From: Adineta vaga | Taxonomy: Eukaryota > Animalia > Rotifera | DNA length: 64,000 nt | Assembly (NCBI GenBank): GCA_021613535.1 | Contig: CP075496.1 | Span: 1,612,001-1,676,000, forward strand | Reading direction: 5' to 3' | In this document: positions 10,551 through 23,587 of the stretch, one piece after another | Layout of the letters: each line of letters begins with the position of its first letter | Position numbering within the stretch: the stretch's first letter is position 1 | Notes under the pieces: model-generated | Database searches by the model: none | Told to the model about the DNA's origin: nothing | The model's input: only the letters and a program-made list of their open reading frames with translations | Made by a program: the position numbers and the translations under genes

Positions 10551-11598
10551 CTTAGGACATTCCAAGAGTAGTGGCGAAGCCTCTTTTTTTCCTTATAAAT
10601 AGGCTTTGAAAAAACTATTTTTTTAGCAATCGATAGAGCGAGAAAAACTGCATCTTTCTATGCTAATTGATCTATATCAAGGTAAGGTTATATCGATGAA
10701 ACTTCAATAAAACTCTTTTTTGCTCAGATCTCCCTGGTAGCAACAATACGAAAAAAACAAATAGATGTGGTTTTTTCTTCGTTTTTTTCCTTTATTTTCT
10801 CTTGTTCTTTCTTTCAATGTTGTTTTTCTTTCTCTTCTAATATTTGACTATATATTCATTTCATGGTAAACGAGAAATAACAATAATAGCATAGGAAAAT
10901 AGGTGACTACGTTTATTAGTTGTTTATTTGATCAAATGTTCAAAATAATGATCTTCATGATCGATGCACAACTACATTCTCTCGATTCATTTTTCGAACG
11001 TTGTTTCAGGAATGGGTCTGCCAGATCGTACTTCAGTTTCGATTTCTTCTCGACCATCTTTCCACTGTTGTGAGAGAAGGAGCCTGATGACCATAAACGG
11101 AGTTCAATTCATCATGAATAATTCTGGTTTGAATATTAAGTACAGTACGCACTTTGATGTAAAAACGAAAGTTTTCTTCACTCATTTAACAGAGAAAATT
11201 TGCTCTCACTTGTCTAAATTTCTCGAATGTAAACAAATAAAAAGCCCGTACAGATTAAATCAGTCTGCCGGACACGTTACTATACATAGACGTATAGACA
11301 GTCAAATATTAGAAGAGAAAGAAAAACAACATTGAAAGAAAGAACAAGAGAAAATAAAGGAAAAAAACGAAGAAAAAACCACATCTATTTGTTTTTTTCG
11401 TATTGTTGCTACCAGGGAGATCTGAGCAAAAAAGAGTTTTATTGAAGTTTCATCGATATAACCTTACCTTGATATAGATCAATTAGCATAGAAAGATGCA
11501 GTTTTTCTCGCTCTATCGATTGCTAAAAAAATAGTTTTTTCAAAGCCTATTTATAAGGAAAAAAAGAGGCTTCGCCACTACTCTTGGAATGTCCTAAG
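10551..11598 (-). mobile_element. Internally deleted mariner (Tc1/mariner) element with ~299-bp TIRs
   Basis: 10551-10849 is the reverse complement of 11300-11598, with TA on both flanks. The core encodes a transposase N-terminal HTH from ATG 11185 (-): MSEENFRFYIKVRTVLNIQTRIIHDELNSVYGHQAPSLTTVERW, then EEIETEVRSGRP after a frameshift. Confidence 0.92.
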
Positions 11599-12249
11599 TA
11601 TAAAGTTTAGAGATCATATTGTGCTCAAGATTGTTCAAAAGTATAGATAAAGATTCTGTATATCTATTCAAAGATTTAGAAATCCGAAGATCTTTCTTAA
11701 AATTTGGATATTTTAAAAAAGTTTTTCAAAACATTTCATTTGATCAGATTTATCTTCTGAATGTAAAACTATCTTTATTTTGTTCTTAAAATTTCCCGTA
11801 CTGAATTTTCTGATACTTATCATTGTGGTTCTCGAATTTTTCTTTTCAAATCTTTTATTTCTTTATTTTATGAAAATCAAAATCTTCTCTTTAGAATCTT
11901 TTTCTTCATTAACCACTCATTAAAATTTCACAACAACAACGAAATCACCAATGAAAATAAAACCAAGTAAATATTTATTCAAATTTTTATAAAATCAAAA
12001 ATCAAAATCTCAGATCATTTAATTTTCAATTTTTATTTTTCCAAAATTCAATTCACAAATAAAGTATCAAAATTTCTTTTCTTTTTATTCTCAAAAGAAT
12101 TCAAAAGTTTATTTCTTTTCGATTATTCAAAAAAAACATTTTCATTTCTTTGGTTTTTTGAAAATTTTGAGAATTTTCAAAAGATTTTTATTTCATTCGA
12201 TAGAAATCAAATATTTCACTTGCTTTTTCTTTTCTTTTCTTCTTTTAGA

Positions 12250-13150
12250 AATGAAATTTCAACAAAATGGAACCATTGTTGCAGGAGGAAATGGAAATGG
12301 AAGTCAATTAAATCAACTCTCTTTTCCTGCTGGAATCTTTGTTGATCAAAATAAAAACATTTTCATTGCTGATTCTTTGAATCATCGGATTATTGAATGG
12401 AAATCGAATGAAAAACAAGGAAAAATTATTGCTGGTGGAAATGGAGAAGGAAATAGATTGGATCAATTGAATTATCCAGCAGATGTGGTTGTTGATCAAC
12501 ACAATCATTCAATCATCATTGCTGATGTTTTGAATAGACGAGTAATACGATGGTCAACAGATCATAAACAACAAGATATTCTCATTGAAAATATTCATTG
12601 TGCTCGTTTAACGATGGATCAACATCGATTTCTTTATGTTTCTGATTATGTGAAGAATGAAGTGAAAAAATGGAATTTAGATCAAATTAAGAAAAATCAA
12701 CAAGGGATATTAGTTGCTGGTGGAAATGGAAGAGGAAATCAATGAAATCAACTCCCCACTCCTACTTTCATCTTTGTTGATAAAGATCAATCGATCTATG
12801 TTTCAGATTGGAGGAATCATCGTGTAATGAAATGGAATAAAGATGCTCGAGAAGGAATTATTGTAGCTCGTGGAAATGGTCAAAGAAATAATCTCAATCA
12901 ATTGAATGGTCCACAAGGATTATTTGTTGATGAATGGAATCAAATCTATGTGGCAGATTTCTGGAGTCATCGGATAATGCGATGGTGTGAAGGAGATCGA
13001 GAAGGTGAAATTATTGTTGGTGGAAATGGTGGAGGAAGTGAATTAAATCAATTGTATTATCCTCATGGTTTATCATTTGATTTAGAAGGAAATCTTTATG
13101 TTTCAGATAATGGAAATCATCGAATAATTCGATTTGATAAAATGAATTGA
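12250..13150 (+). pseudogene. NHL-repeat beta-propeller gene with a premature TGA
   Basis: Repeated (V/I)AGGNGxGxxLNQLxxPxGxxVD units. The frame continues through TGA at 12743-12745 into the 12827-13150 ORF. Splice acceptor at ~12249, with probable small upstream exons in 11.8-12.2 kb. Confidence 0.85.
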
Positions 13151-13629
13151 AACGAATTTTGAACAAAAACTGAAACAAATCAAGAAAAAGAAAAGAAAAG
13201 AATTTTTCGTTTAATTATTTCAAAAATATTTCCATGAAGAATAATTTTCAAAAGTAAGAAAAATCAATTGATTTGAATTTCGAAAGAATCTCAAAGATTT
13301 TTTATTAAATAAATATTTGAAAATCTTCAATTAGGTATTTCTACATCATTTTCATGAACAAATTCTCTTGAATTATTCATTAAAATATCATTAGATGTTT
13401 AGAAACGTGTGAATAAAAAAACTAAAATGGAATATTGATTAAAATATACCTTTGATTTTCCCTTTAATGAAACGAAAAATATTTTGTTTAATCGAGTTTG
13501 ATATGTTGAGAAGATTCTAAATGAAATTATTTATACTTTGTTTTTTTCATGTATTTGGATCAGAAAGTTCTAAAAAGTATTTAATCACACTTATGAACTG
13601 AAAGAATTACTTTTAATATTATCTTTTTA

Positions 13630-14318
13630 CTAGCGGGCGTACCCGCTGGCAAATAAGAAATATCTATGTCGAACATCTCACGTGTTGAAAAGCTGCAGCA
13701 AAGAGAAAAATCAATAGACTTCGAGTTTGTACTCTTGCAGTCCTAATTTTTCTCGCCGTACATCGCACAGAACGACAGTTTCAGTTATAGCTCTTTATGC
13801 AAAAGAGTTACCGAAGCTGATTTCTTCCTCAAAAATGATTAGAATTTCCTCTTTCTCTGATATTCATCCTCCACTCCACCTATTTATTCGTCGATCTCTT
13901 TCTCACTTTCACGTCATTTCATGTCTTATATTCTTCGAATTCATCCACCCTCAACATTTATCTTAATCTTTTGAAATTCTGTAACGCTATTGGTAAGTTT
14001 CGTAGGTTACCTGTAGCATGCAAAGAACTATCATAGGGGTAGAGAACACGTGAATTGTTATCTATGAGCGTTCAGACGGCCTTTGGCCGCCTTCGCTACT
14101 AACCCGCTGCAATTTTTGAAATGCTGCAATCCTATTGGTCAGTTTCATCGCTAACCTGTAGCAAGTGCAGGATTTAGTTTTTTTCGAAAAAAGTTAGATG
14201 TCGACCTTCCCCTAGGTCTGGAGAACAATTGTAGAAAGTTTCGTGATGATAGCTGTTACAGGGGCTGAATTCATAGCGAACAGACAAACAAACAGACTTT
14301 CTTCTTTATATATATAGA
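13630..14318 (-). mobile_element. Non-autonomous Helitron
   Basis: On the - strand: A|TCTATATATATAAAG start followed by (TCTG/TTTG)n microsatellite; GC hairpin and CTAG|T end (gccagcgggtacgcccgctag). Inserted between A and T with no TSD; internal degenerate repeats near 13988 and 14133. Confidence 0.85.
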
Positions 14319-14734
14319 TTAATTAATCAATAAAATTGAAAAGATTTCAAAAGAATTCATTTTTCGTTGTGAATTTTAATGATTTTGTTAAAAATAAAAG
14401 GTGACCCTAGTCGAACATCTTGCAAGCAAGATATTGGGTACAGATATTTCAATTATCTTGTACATAAGATCTTGCCTGATGATAATCGAGATCTTAACAA
14501 GAAATATTTTCTTTTATTTTCATTATATAAGATTAAACTTTACAAAAAAAAATACGTATTATTTCGAAAATTTGTACAAAAATCTTTACATTTGAGTTTT
14601 AAAAGCAAATTACATAATAACACATACACAAAGAATATATACAATACAAAATTAGAAAAACAATAATTTGAAATTGTTCAATTGAGTTGATTGTCACCAT
14701 ACATTTTAGAGATAGATAAGAACACGATGACGAA

Positions 14735-15525
14735 TAAATAACGCTCGTCGAGGCTCACTCGCTTTACCCTCGACTGAAGGGTAAAGAAATATATACACAG
14801 CCTATTTGAACTAAAGAGCTTCTCACTTCCGAACGAACTATTTTAGACAAAAAACTTTCTAGGATCAATCGATGAATGATCTTACATACACTTTCTCATC
14901 AGAGTCCTTCTCAGGTATGTCTTGTATTATTCCAAAACCTTTGAAACATCAAGAGTCTTGATTCAGTCATCTAATTGGTTACATTTATAAATCGTTTTCA
15001 AGACTAACGGCTATTCGTTCGTCGGCCTCCCTCCGGTCGGCCACTCACGGTCAGCCGTACCGGTCCATAGTCTCTTCTCCACTATTCTCAATATGTTTAA
15101 TTACGTTTTTAATTTAGAGAGCAAATTCATCTGTTACTTATCACATCCGCCTAAAACGATCCTTCTCATATGATCCTTTTGTCAGTCAGAAAAAAGTCTT
15201 TCTCATTTTTAACCACAAAGGAATGAAGCTTGCTTTAATCTCGATCCTCCATTACCCCTTCTCAATCAACATCCAGCCTCAAAACCACTTTCAAACCACG
15301 TTTTATGAAGTTTCGAGCATTTTCAAAAAAATGTTCTTTTGACCTTCCCTTCCCCCACGGACATCACCCCCTCCCCCTTCCACTAACCTCAAGCCTCAGG
15401 ATCGTTCCCAAAAGAAGTTTAATGAAGTTTTGAGCATTTTCTCAAAAAATGCTTTTTTGACCTTTGACCTTGACACAGACAAACTAATTTTTTTTTGTAT
15501 GACCCTCCTTTCAGTCGAGGGAATA
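14735..15525. mobile_element. Helentron/DINE-1-like non-autonomous element
   Basis: 12-bp subterminal inverted repeats ccctcgactgaa (14767-14778) and ttcagtcgaggg (15510-15521), each in a local stem-loop. ~115-bp internal tandem duplication (15300 vs 15417) and a ttgacctttgacctt motif. Confidence 0.6.
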
Positions 15526-16235
15526 AGAGTAGTCAAAAAAGAGAATTAACATGAGTCTTTTTAGTTTCATCATCACTTCTTGATGTATTTCCATAATTAG
15601 AAATCCTTGTATTACGCAATGTTCATGATTCTGATGTGAATGATCTTCTAACTTATATGTCATCTATTATAATAAGTACGAGAAGAAAAGTATTCATAAA
15701 ACATATTAGTCAATTCGTTAGAAAGAAATAATCAGATATTACATAGGTGAGAGATTTCATCTTCTGGTCACCCTCACCCTCTAGATATGACCACGTTATT
15801 CATAGTAATTTAGTTGATGCGCCACGGAGTTTACGAGAGATCCACGCGGAATTGACTTTATCCCCATTTACTCTTTTACCATCTTAAATGAAGAGGGCTC
15901 CCTGAATCATACGAGAAAAAGTTATTTTCACATGGTATTATAATTATTTAATTGAGATAGATTCGAATACCAATGATTTCATCGATTTATAACGATCATT
16001 TTTTTTTCTCGTTAGAATCTCATATAATTTAATTCATATACAGTTATTCGATCGATCAATTCAATAAGACGTTTACAAAATTTTCTTTTTCTATTCGTTA
16101 ATCAACGTTAAACGAACAACTTTAGATTACTAATGATTTACATCTTTATTTATTTGTAGACTATGAGTAAAATATCGAATAATTCAGAATAAGATAGATG
16201 AAAAAAAGTAGTTTTTTTTTGTTTTGAATATGAAA

Positions 16236-16761
16236 TTAAAAATGACCGACATTTTCAGTTGAACAATCAAGTAATTTTGCATGAACAGAGACTTGTTCTG
16301 CTTTACCATGTGTATCTTTTTGCCATGAAACATGATAAACACGAGCAGTCGCATATTTTTTCTCAGGTAATTCGACCTAAATAAAATGAATTTTTGAAGA
16401 AAAATCAAGAAAGTTCTTTTATTTACTTTGAAAAAATAGTTTAGTCCAGCGACAACTTGAGTTGAAACTTGAACAGGTTTTAATTTAAATGTTTTTGGTA
16501 CATTGAATTGATCTTGAATCTTCTTTTCCAAATGTTCTTTATACTAAATATATAAATGTTTAGCTAGAAAAGAGAATGTTAACTCTTTTGCTTTCTTTAC
16601 CATATCCCAGATTTTTAAATCTTCATCATTGACAGGTCGAAGATTACCAATACCACCACAAAGAAGTCTAAGAAATCCAATGATAAATCAGATTAATTCA
16701 CTAAAACTTTCACTTACGGTTGAGCTGGTTGCGTTGATTCATGTGTTGGTGCAGTCGACAT
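16236..16761 (-). CDS. Type 1 cystatin (stefin A/B-like), 4 exons
   Basis: Exons 16718-16761, 16601-16667, 16427-16543, 16236-16376; N-terminal LCGG and QVVAG-LNYFFKV motifs; no signal peptide. Confidence 0.92.
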
Positions 16762-17540
16762 AGTTTTTCGATCTACAAAAAAGACAACACATTAAAATCT
16801 TCGGATTTAAGATTTTCAATTGATGCAGACAATACAAGTATGATGAATAGTAAATTGTGAATAATAAAAAGAAGAAAAGTCACCTGGAAAACGAGTTTTG
16901 AATAACCATTTATATTCACATATAAAGCAAATGGTTAATGGGGCAATCCATTTCCGCCCACCCTCGTCTTATTCATCAACCTCACCCACCCTTCAATTCT
17001 TTCCTCTTTCTGTATATATAGATAGGAAAACAAGTACTACAGAATGTATATACTAATAGACGAACCATATTGAAATTTGACGAGAGATGGATGGGTCTAC
17101 GTGTTTTATTTTTCTCATATGATTTAAAAAGGAAATTCAATGTTTTTAAGACTTCTTATCAGAAAGTTTGTCAATTATTAACGATACATCGGACATCGTC
17201 TCGTCTAATATGAAGACATTTTTATCAAATGTAATACAGAAAGAAAGATGTTTATCCTTAGTGATAATATCTGTATATATTTATCCATTCAATCATATAG
17301 GCGATGAAAGAAACAAACTGGTTGTTGCTTATTTACGTCTTTTGTTACTCTAATAGTCAAAAAATTGAATGTTAATTGTGGTTTATTAAATATAGATGGC
17401 GCTAATGTTCAGTCTGATAGATGATATGATGAAGAGAAGATGAATGAAGGTTTTTACCTGAACAATTGTTTGAGTTATGGTTTCTTTGTAAAAGCAACAT
17501 GAAGAACTAGAAATAAGAATAAATAATCTTAGGATATAAA

Positions 17541-20500
17541 ATGCTTGAATTACAATTAAATCGTGTTGATTATCTTAAAGTAAAAAAGCTTGTCATTCAT
17601 TATCATTTGAAATCATTTTCTTTGTTTTCAAGACTATTTCATCCGTTACTACAAAATGTATGCGATTACTACCTCGTGAAAATGTCAAAAAAGATACTCA
17701 AAAAGTAGAAAAATTTCTTCGTTTTTTTGATTTATAATTAATTCTATATCTTTAGATTGCATTAGGTGAAAGTAATGGAACAGTTCAATTGTTTTCTATT
17801 CGAAAAAAAGACACGGCCGTAATTCTTTTGTTTTTAAAATCAATAAAATTCATAAAGATTTTTTCTTTAGGCGATTTTTAAAACACCGCTCGGTAAACGT
17901 ATTAGTCGAGTTGAACTTGGTGGTCGTGCTGGTGAAATAACAGATCGAATATTTGTTGCAGCTGAAAGTGAAGTCAAAGGTTTTTCTAAAAAAGGTAAAC
18001 AATTCTATGCATTTGATACGAATATCAGCGATCCAATTCGATGCATGTAAGTCATTCATTAAACGATTTCATTTTGTAATTCTTATAAAACAAAACACAT
18101 AGGAGTATTGTTGGTTCAAGTTTATATACATGTACGGAGACAACATATACACATTATGTCGAATCAAGAGAAGCGGATACAGTTACATTTGCAGCAAAAA
18201 TGAATGATATTGTTGTTTTACCTCTTCCGATCCAGCCAATGGCAGTTGTTGCTTGTCAAGATCGATTATTAAGACCAATAAATGTAATTAAATAATATTC
18301 AAATCAACAGATGAATTTACTCTTCTGTTTTTTTTAGAAATCATCGGTGTTATACGATGCTGAAGTACCTGGTATTCCAACAACTTTAATTCTTTCGAAT
18401 AAAAATGGAGGTAAATATAAAAAATAAACAAAACATCTAACAATTATCTGCTCTTAGGTCCGACAAAAAGTGAAGTTGTTTATGGAACGTCAGATGGTCG
18501 TTTAGGTCAACTTGAAATTGGCAGGTACGTTTTTTCCTATAAAATCATTCATTCAAATTAATCTTCTGTTTGAAATGGTATTTATAGTATCTCAGCAAAT
18601 ACAAAATGGGAAATAGCAAATCCAAAACATTTATCTGGTATTAGTGCTATTGATTTCTATGATATATTAGCGGATGGCGTACCTGACATGATCGTTGCAC
18701 GTGAAGATGGCACTGTTGAAGTGTACAATTTTGAAACAACTGATGAACCAATTCTAAAATATACATATGTAAATTATCATATTCTAAACTAATCTTTGAA
18801 TACTTATGTTTATTTATTCTAGAATGGAACAGAAAGTATAACTAACATAGAAGGTGGAGTCGTTGGTAATTCAAATTATGATGAATTAGTTTGTTGTACA
18901 TATCAAGGTTGATGAATTTCGTTTTTAATTTTCTAATAATTTAATTCATTTCGGATTTATTTAGGTTGGGTATTTGGTCTGACATCACAACCATTACAAA
19001 ATGAATTAGGCGGAGAAGTTGTTACAGCACAGAATGATGATTTAAAACAACGAATCGATGATTTAAAGTAAGAATTGAAAATCTTTGTCGAAGAAAAGGA
19101 CAACTTCTTTTTATAGAAATGAAGTCGATGAATTACAAAGAAAATTAACGGTAGCACGTGAACGTTATCAAGTTGCAATTAATTCGGATACACGTGCATT
19201 GTCAACTATCCGAGAATTTCGTGTTAATGATCGTTTTGAATTGAATCGTGATGATGCAACCTATAATCTTACGATTGAAAGCGAAGTTCCTATTGATAAT
19301 GTTCTTTTACAATGTGATGTCATTTTGGATATACTTGACGTTGAAAAGAATTCGGCTGTTATGAGTTTCAGTGATTGTGATCCAAAAGTAAATCAAATCA
19401 ATTATTTATTTCCATAAAAACTTCTTCTTTTTTCCAAAAGGATAACAACGCTGTTCTCGTTACCTATCGTTGTCAAATGAATACAACACGTTTAGAAATG
19501 CATGTACGAACAATTGAAGGTCATTATGGTACATTACAATTATATATAACATCAAAAATTCAACCGCGATGTTCAATGCTGCGACGACATACAATTAAAC
19601 CATTATCATTACATCAAAGAAGTTCATCAGCAGTTGATCCAAATAAGTATAAGCAAAAAAGTTAGATTTGATTTGGAATTAAGAAGTTTTTTCTATTGAT
19701 TAGGCGAATGAATACAATGAAAATAACAGGATCATTTAGTTATGCAGAAATTCATTCGTGGATACAATTTTGTCTTGCTGATGTTCCCGAACGACCACCG
19801 ATCGATAAAGAAAATCGATTAGTCTATACAAATATCTTTTTACATACACAATTGGAATGTATATACAAGTAAATATCAAATATTCAACTTATTAATTTAG
19901 TTCTTCTATAGAATGTTATAATATCATTAAGTTTAAATGAATGTTTTTCTTCCTATTAAGACAATTAGATGAGATAATTCTCTCTCGAGGAAGACTAATC
20001 TTTGAATATAATGGCTATCTGTTTTTATCATTTTAGACAAGATGAAGCAATATTTCGTTCTGAAAATGTCTCAACTATATCGATTCTCAAAGATATCATG
20101 AGTAAGAAAGCAACTGAAAAGAAAATCGTTCTCGATATCTCTTACGGTAATCCTCATCACTCTTGTTCTTTGATTCCGAAAAAAACGCCTCTCCTTCTTT
20201 AGAATTAAGCAATGAAACAATTGCTTTAACTCTCGGGCAAATCCTTCCCATGATTGCACATTACAAAACATTAACTGACAAATACAATTTAATCGAACCA
20301 TTGAAAGAATTAGTTATGGATGGATCATCTGATGATGTTCTTACACCTGAATATCGACAAGTTTTAACCGATGCCAATGCTATTAGTGAACAATATAAAC
20401 AAACACCCGTACATTTAAATCGTTTATGTAGTATGGTTGCAGATTTATTTATTGATAAACATAAATTTGAAGGAACAAATGTCAAAGCAAAAATACCCAT

Positions 20501-20570
20501 ACTTTTCGAAAAACTTAACACAACGTTTACTCAACCACAAATTTTTATAGATTTTTTTAATTCATTATAA
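17541..20570 (+). CDS. BBS7: Bardet-Biedl syndrome 7 protein (BBSome), multi-exon
   Basis: [13 protein letters not shown] start; [87 protein letters not shown]. Confidence 0.95.
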
Positions 20571-20641
20571 TTATTATTATTGTTGTTGTTGTTGTTGTTG
20601 TTTCTTTTCCTGTTGTGAAATATTTTTCTGCAAAATAGAAA

Positions 20642-21629
20642 CTATTCGCGAGATTTTCGAATGAATTTGTAAATAATTATAGGTCGATGTTTTCGATGAA
20701 CTAGTGTTAGAGATGAATTTCGTACGGATCGATTGAATTTAAATGTTAACAACATTGTTAGAGCGAACGATAATGAAGCAAATAATAAAATAATCTTTTG
20801 TGCATAAGGTACAACAGTAACATGTAAATGTTCGAGAATAAAAAAGATTCCACAAGGAAAATAAGAGATTATTAAGACAAGGATTATGAGAATGATACGT
20901 TGCATTGGACAAATAATATGTGTACTTGATAAACGTCGTTGTCGATTAGTTTTCCAATGCACTTTAATATGATATGCAATGGATAGATGTAAAGTAACTA
21001 TGAAAAGAACAGGAATTCCATATGATATTATGAATAAATAACTAAAAAGTGTAGTATTAGAAAATGAAATTTGACAAATAAAACTTCCTGTTTGGTAAAT
21101 AATCTTTCCACTAAGGATTATTGGTAACATTAAACATGGTGAAATTAACCATTGAATAACAATGATTTTTAAATAGAATTTCATTGAATGAAGTGATGTC
21201 TGTAGAGAATGAACAATTGTAATAAAACGATGATAAGTTTGAATACTAAACTCAAGAAAAAAATCCGGAATTTGATGTTCAATTGATCTTTCACTTTTCT
21301 ACTTACCAAAGTGAATAATTCAATGCAATCATTGTTATTAACATACATATATTTCTTACAATACAAGCTTGATCTTGTTGAACAATACCTGTTATATCAG
21401 TTTTCAGCATATGAAATGCATCCCAAATAATTGTTATAGCTACTAATAAACCACATAGACATGAATTACTCGAAAGAGTATTAATAATTGTACGTAATTT
21501 CTTCTCTCGTAGTATCAAGAAAACAAATGTTAATCCAATAAAGATTGTTATCAAATTGAATACAATAATCAAACTATCATTGATAATATACCATAGAGGA
21601 AAACATTGACTCTCCGATTTGTTATACAT
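20642..21629 (-). CDS. Divergent rhodopsin-like 7TM GPCR, 2 exons
   Basis: Exons 21307-21629 and 20642-21245. About seven hydrophobic segments, Cys at the start of TM3 and in ECL2 (FICQI), YHRF at the DRY position, YGIP in TM5, YFP in TM6. Confidence 0.75.
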
Positions 21630-21954
21630 GATGTTCCTATAGAATGACTGCTCTCAAAAGTATCGGCTTATTTTTTATATGAAAAATTTGTTTTTCAACT
21701 TGAAGATGAGAAGAGAACATTAGTGATAAAAATAAATACCAATGCATGTCAAGTAGAATTTTCAAGAGATAATTAGATCCGATATGAAATATTCTTCGAG
21801 GAAAACATCAATATTATCAAGATTAGTAAGATAGTTGTTGATTAAATCTCGACGATGATTTCGTCGGAAAGATGTTGTTCTTTTTTTATTTCAATTCTTG
21901 TTAACCCAAATCGACTCGGATACAAAAACAAAGGAAAACAAAATGTTTGTTCTT

Positions 21955-22647
21955 TTATTTTTCTTTTTTGGGTTTCTTTTCATCTTCGGCAGCTTGTTTA
22001 GCTTTCTTTTCACGTAGACCAATTAAACGAGCATCAGCACGAGCCATACGAATAGCTTGAAAAGCTTGGAATTTCGTATCAGTATCATTAACTGGTCGAG
22101 CTTTTTCACGTATGAGACGTTGTTTGATTGGCATAACACGTTGTTTTTTCAATTGAACAGCCAATTTGATTTCTTCAGGTTTAGCATCGGTCTTCTTTGG
22201 TTTATCGGCATTCAATGGGAATAAGATAAGTTTGCCAAGATATTGTTTCAAACGTTGGACATTAAGCTAGAAAAGAAAATATTGATGATATTGTCAAGAT
22301 AATTTTCGATTGAACATTACTTGGAAAGCTTCAGTTGATTTATTTCGTCGTCGATGATCAACGGCAATTCCGATTGTTCGAGCATAGGTTGGATGAAGAC
22401 CAGCAGCACGGATTTCGTCCAAAGAAAATCCACGTCCAGAACGAACTTTCATGTTATAACGACGTGTTGTACCGCGAACAACTGGACGTAGTGAACCTTT
22501 GGCTGGTCGTGGAGCAACGCGTTGAGCTTTAGTTAAACGTTTTTGATGACGACGTGTTTTACGACCTGGTTGATCAAACCATGTACGAACATGTAATTGC
22601 CACTTTTTATGAAAGTGAGCATTTGGGATAACGTTGTTATGTTTCAT
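21955..22647 (-). CDS. RPL13: 60S ribosomal protein L13 (eL13), 2 coding exons
   Basis: [56 protein letters not shown]; intron 22267-22320. Confidence 0.98.
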
Positions 22648-22740
22648 GATTGAATCTTTCGACTTTTCTTAGGTCGATCTACAATTGAAAAAAGAAAGAG
22701 GAGAAATGAAAAATTCAATTGATTAATCAAGAAAAATCAA

Positions 22741-22932
22741 GTCCTCAGATCTCATAATCAGATATCATACGAGCCCACATACACAAGACGACTAAACCGC
22801 TACTTAATTTCAAAACAAAAGTAACCCAAAAGTCATTTTTGTTTTGTATTAAAAGAGAAACTGACGATTAAGTAGTTGTTCGTTCGTCTCACGTTTTTAA
22901 TGCTCTTCAATCGTCATGTATCATCATTGGAC
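22741..22932 (-). ncRNA. Box C/D snoRNA (SNORD97/SNORD133-like) in the inferred RPL13 5'-UTR intron, predicted guide for Cm34 of elongator tRNA-Met
   Basis: On the - strand: terminal stem gtcc/ggac, box C ATGATGA (22921-22927), box D CTGA (22745-22748). The guide GATTATGAGA upstream of box D is complementary to tRNA-Met TCTCATAATC. Long internal hairpin; ends ~60 nt before the 3' splice site at 22679. Confidence 0.8.
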
Positions 22933-23587
22933 TGATTTGAAAAAATCAAAACAACGATTAATTCTGCATCAGCCAAAATAAAGAATTCTTTCATGATTGT
23001 TCAGACTAATCTGTCTTAAATAAGTAGACATCATATGCAGATTTTGAATAAAAATTCTTTGATTTGATATAATAGTAGTATACAAAACAAAATGGAAACT
23101 GTTTATGTGAGTGAGAAATACTCGGTGTATGGTAAATTACGGATCGATTGTCTATTTGAGCTGATTTGAATCGGAGAATTCGACAGAAATGTAATTTTTA
23201 GAAGAAAAGAAATAATCAAATGAAGTTTTTATTGTAATTAAGTCGAAAAAATCTTTCGATAATTACAAGAAGTATTTTCTTTGGAGAGAATTCGACCAAT
23301 GAGATACGTGATGAGTCATAGAAAGAAGAAAGATGTTTTAGCAGCTGGGTAAAGGAGTCGAATACAAGTCAACAGACGTGTTCGAACTTCGAAGATAGGA
23401 ATTGAGTTTACATCATTGAATAACAAGAATTGTAAGTAGATGAATGGTGAATTTTCACTATTAATAGCAGGAAAACAAAGCATCTGTTTAGAACAATGAT
23501 AATAATCTTCAAATTTTAATTGTGTTATTGGTATTCTCAATGGAATGGAATGTATTTCTATATCAGATTTCTTTAGATTAATAATAT

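Noticed and set aside
10964-11335. 123-aa + strand ORF
   Set aside because: Antisense shadow of the mariner transposase stub.
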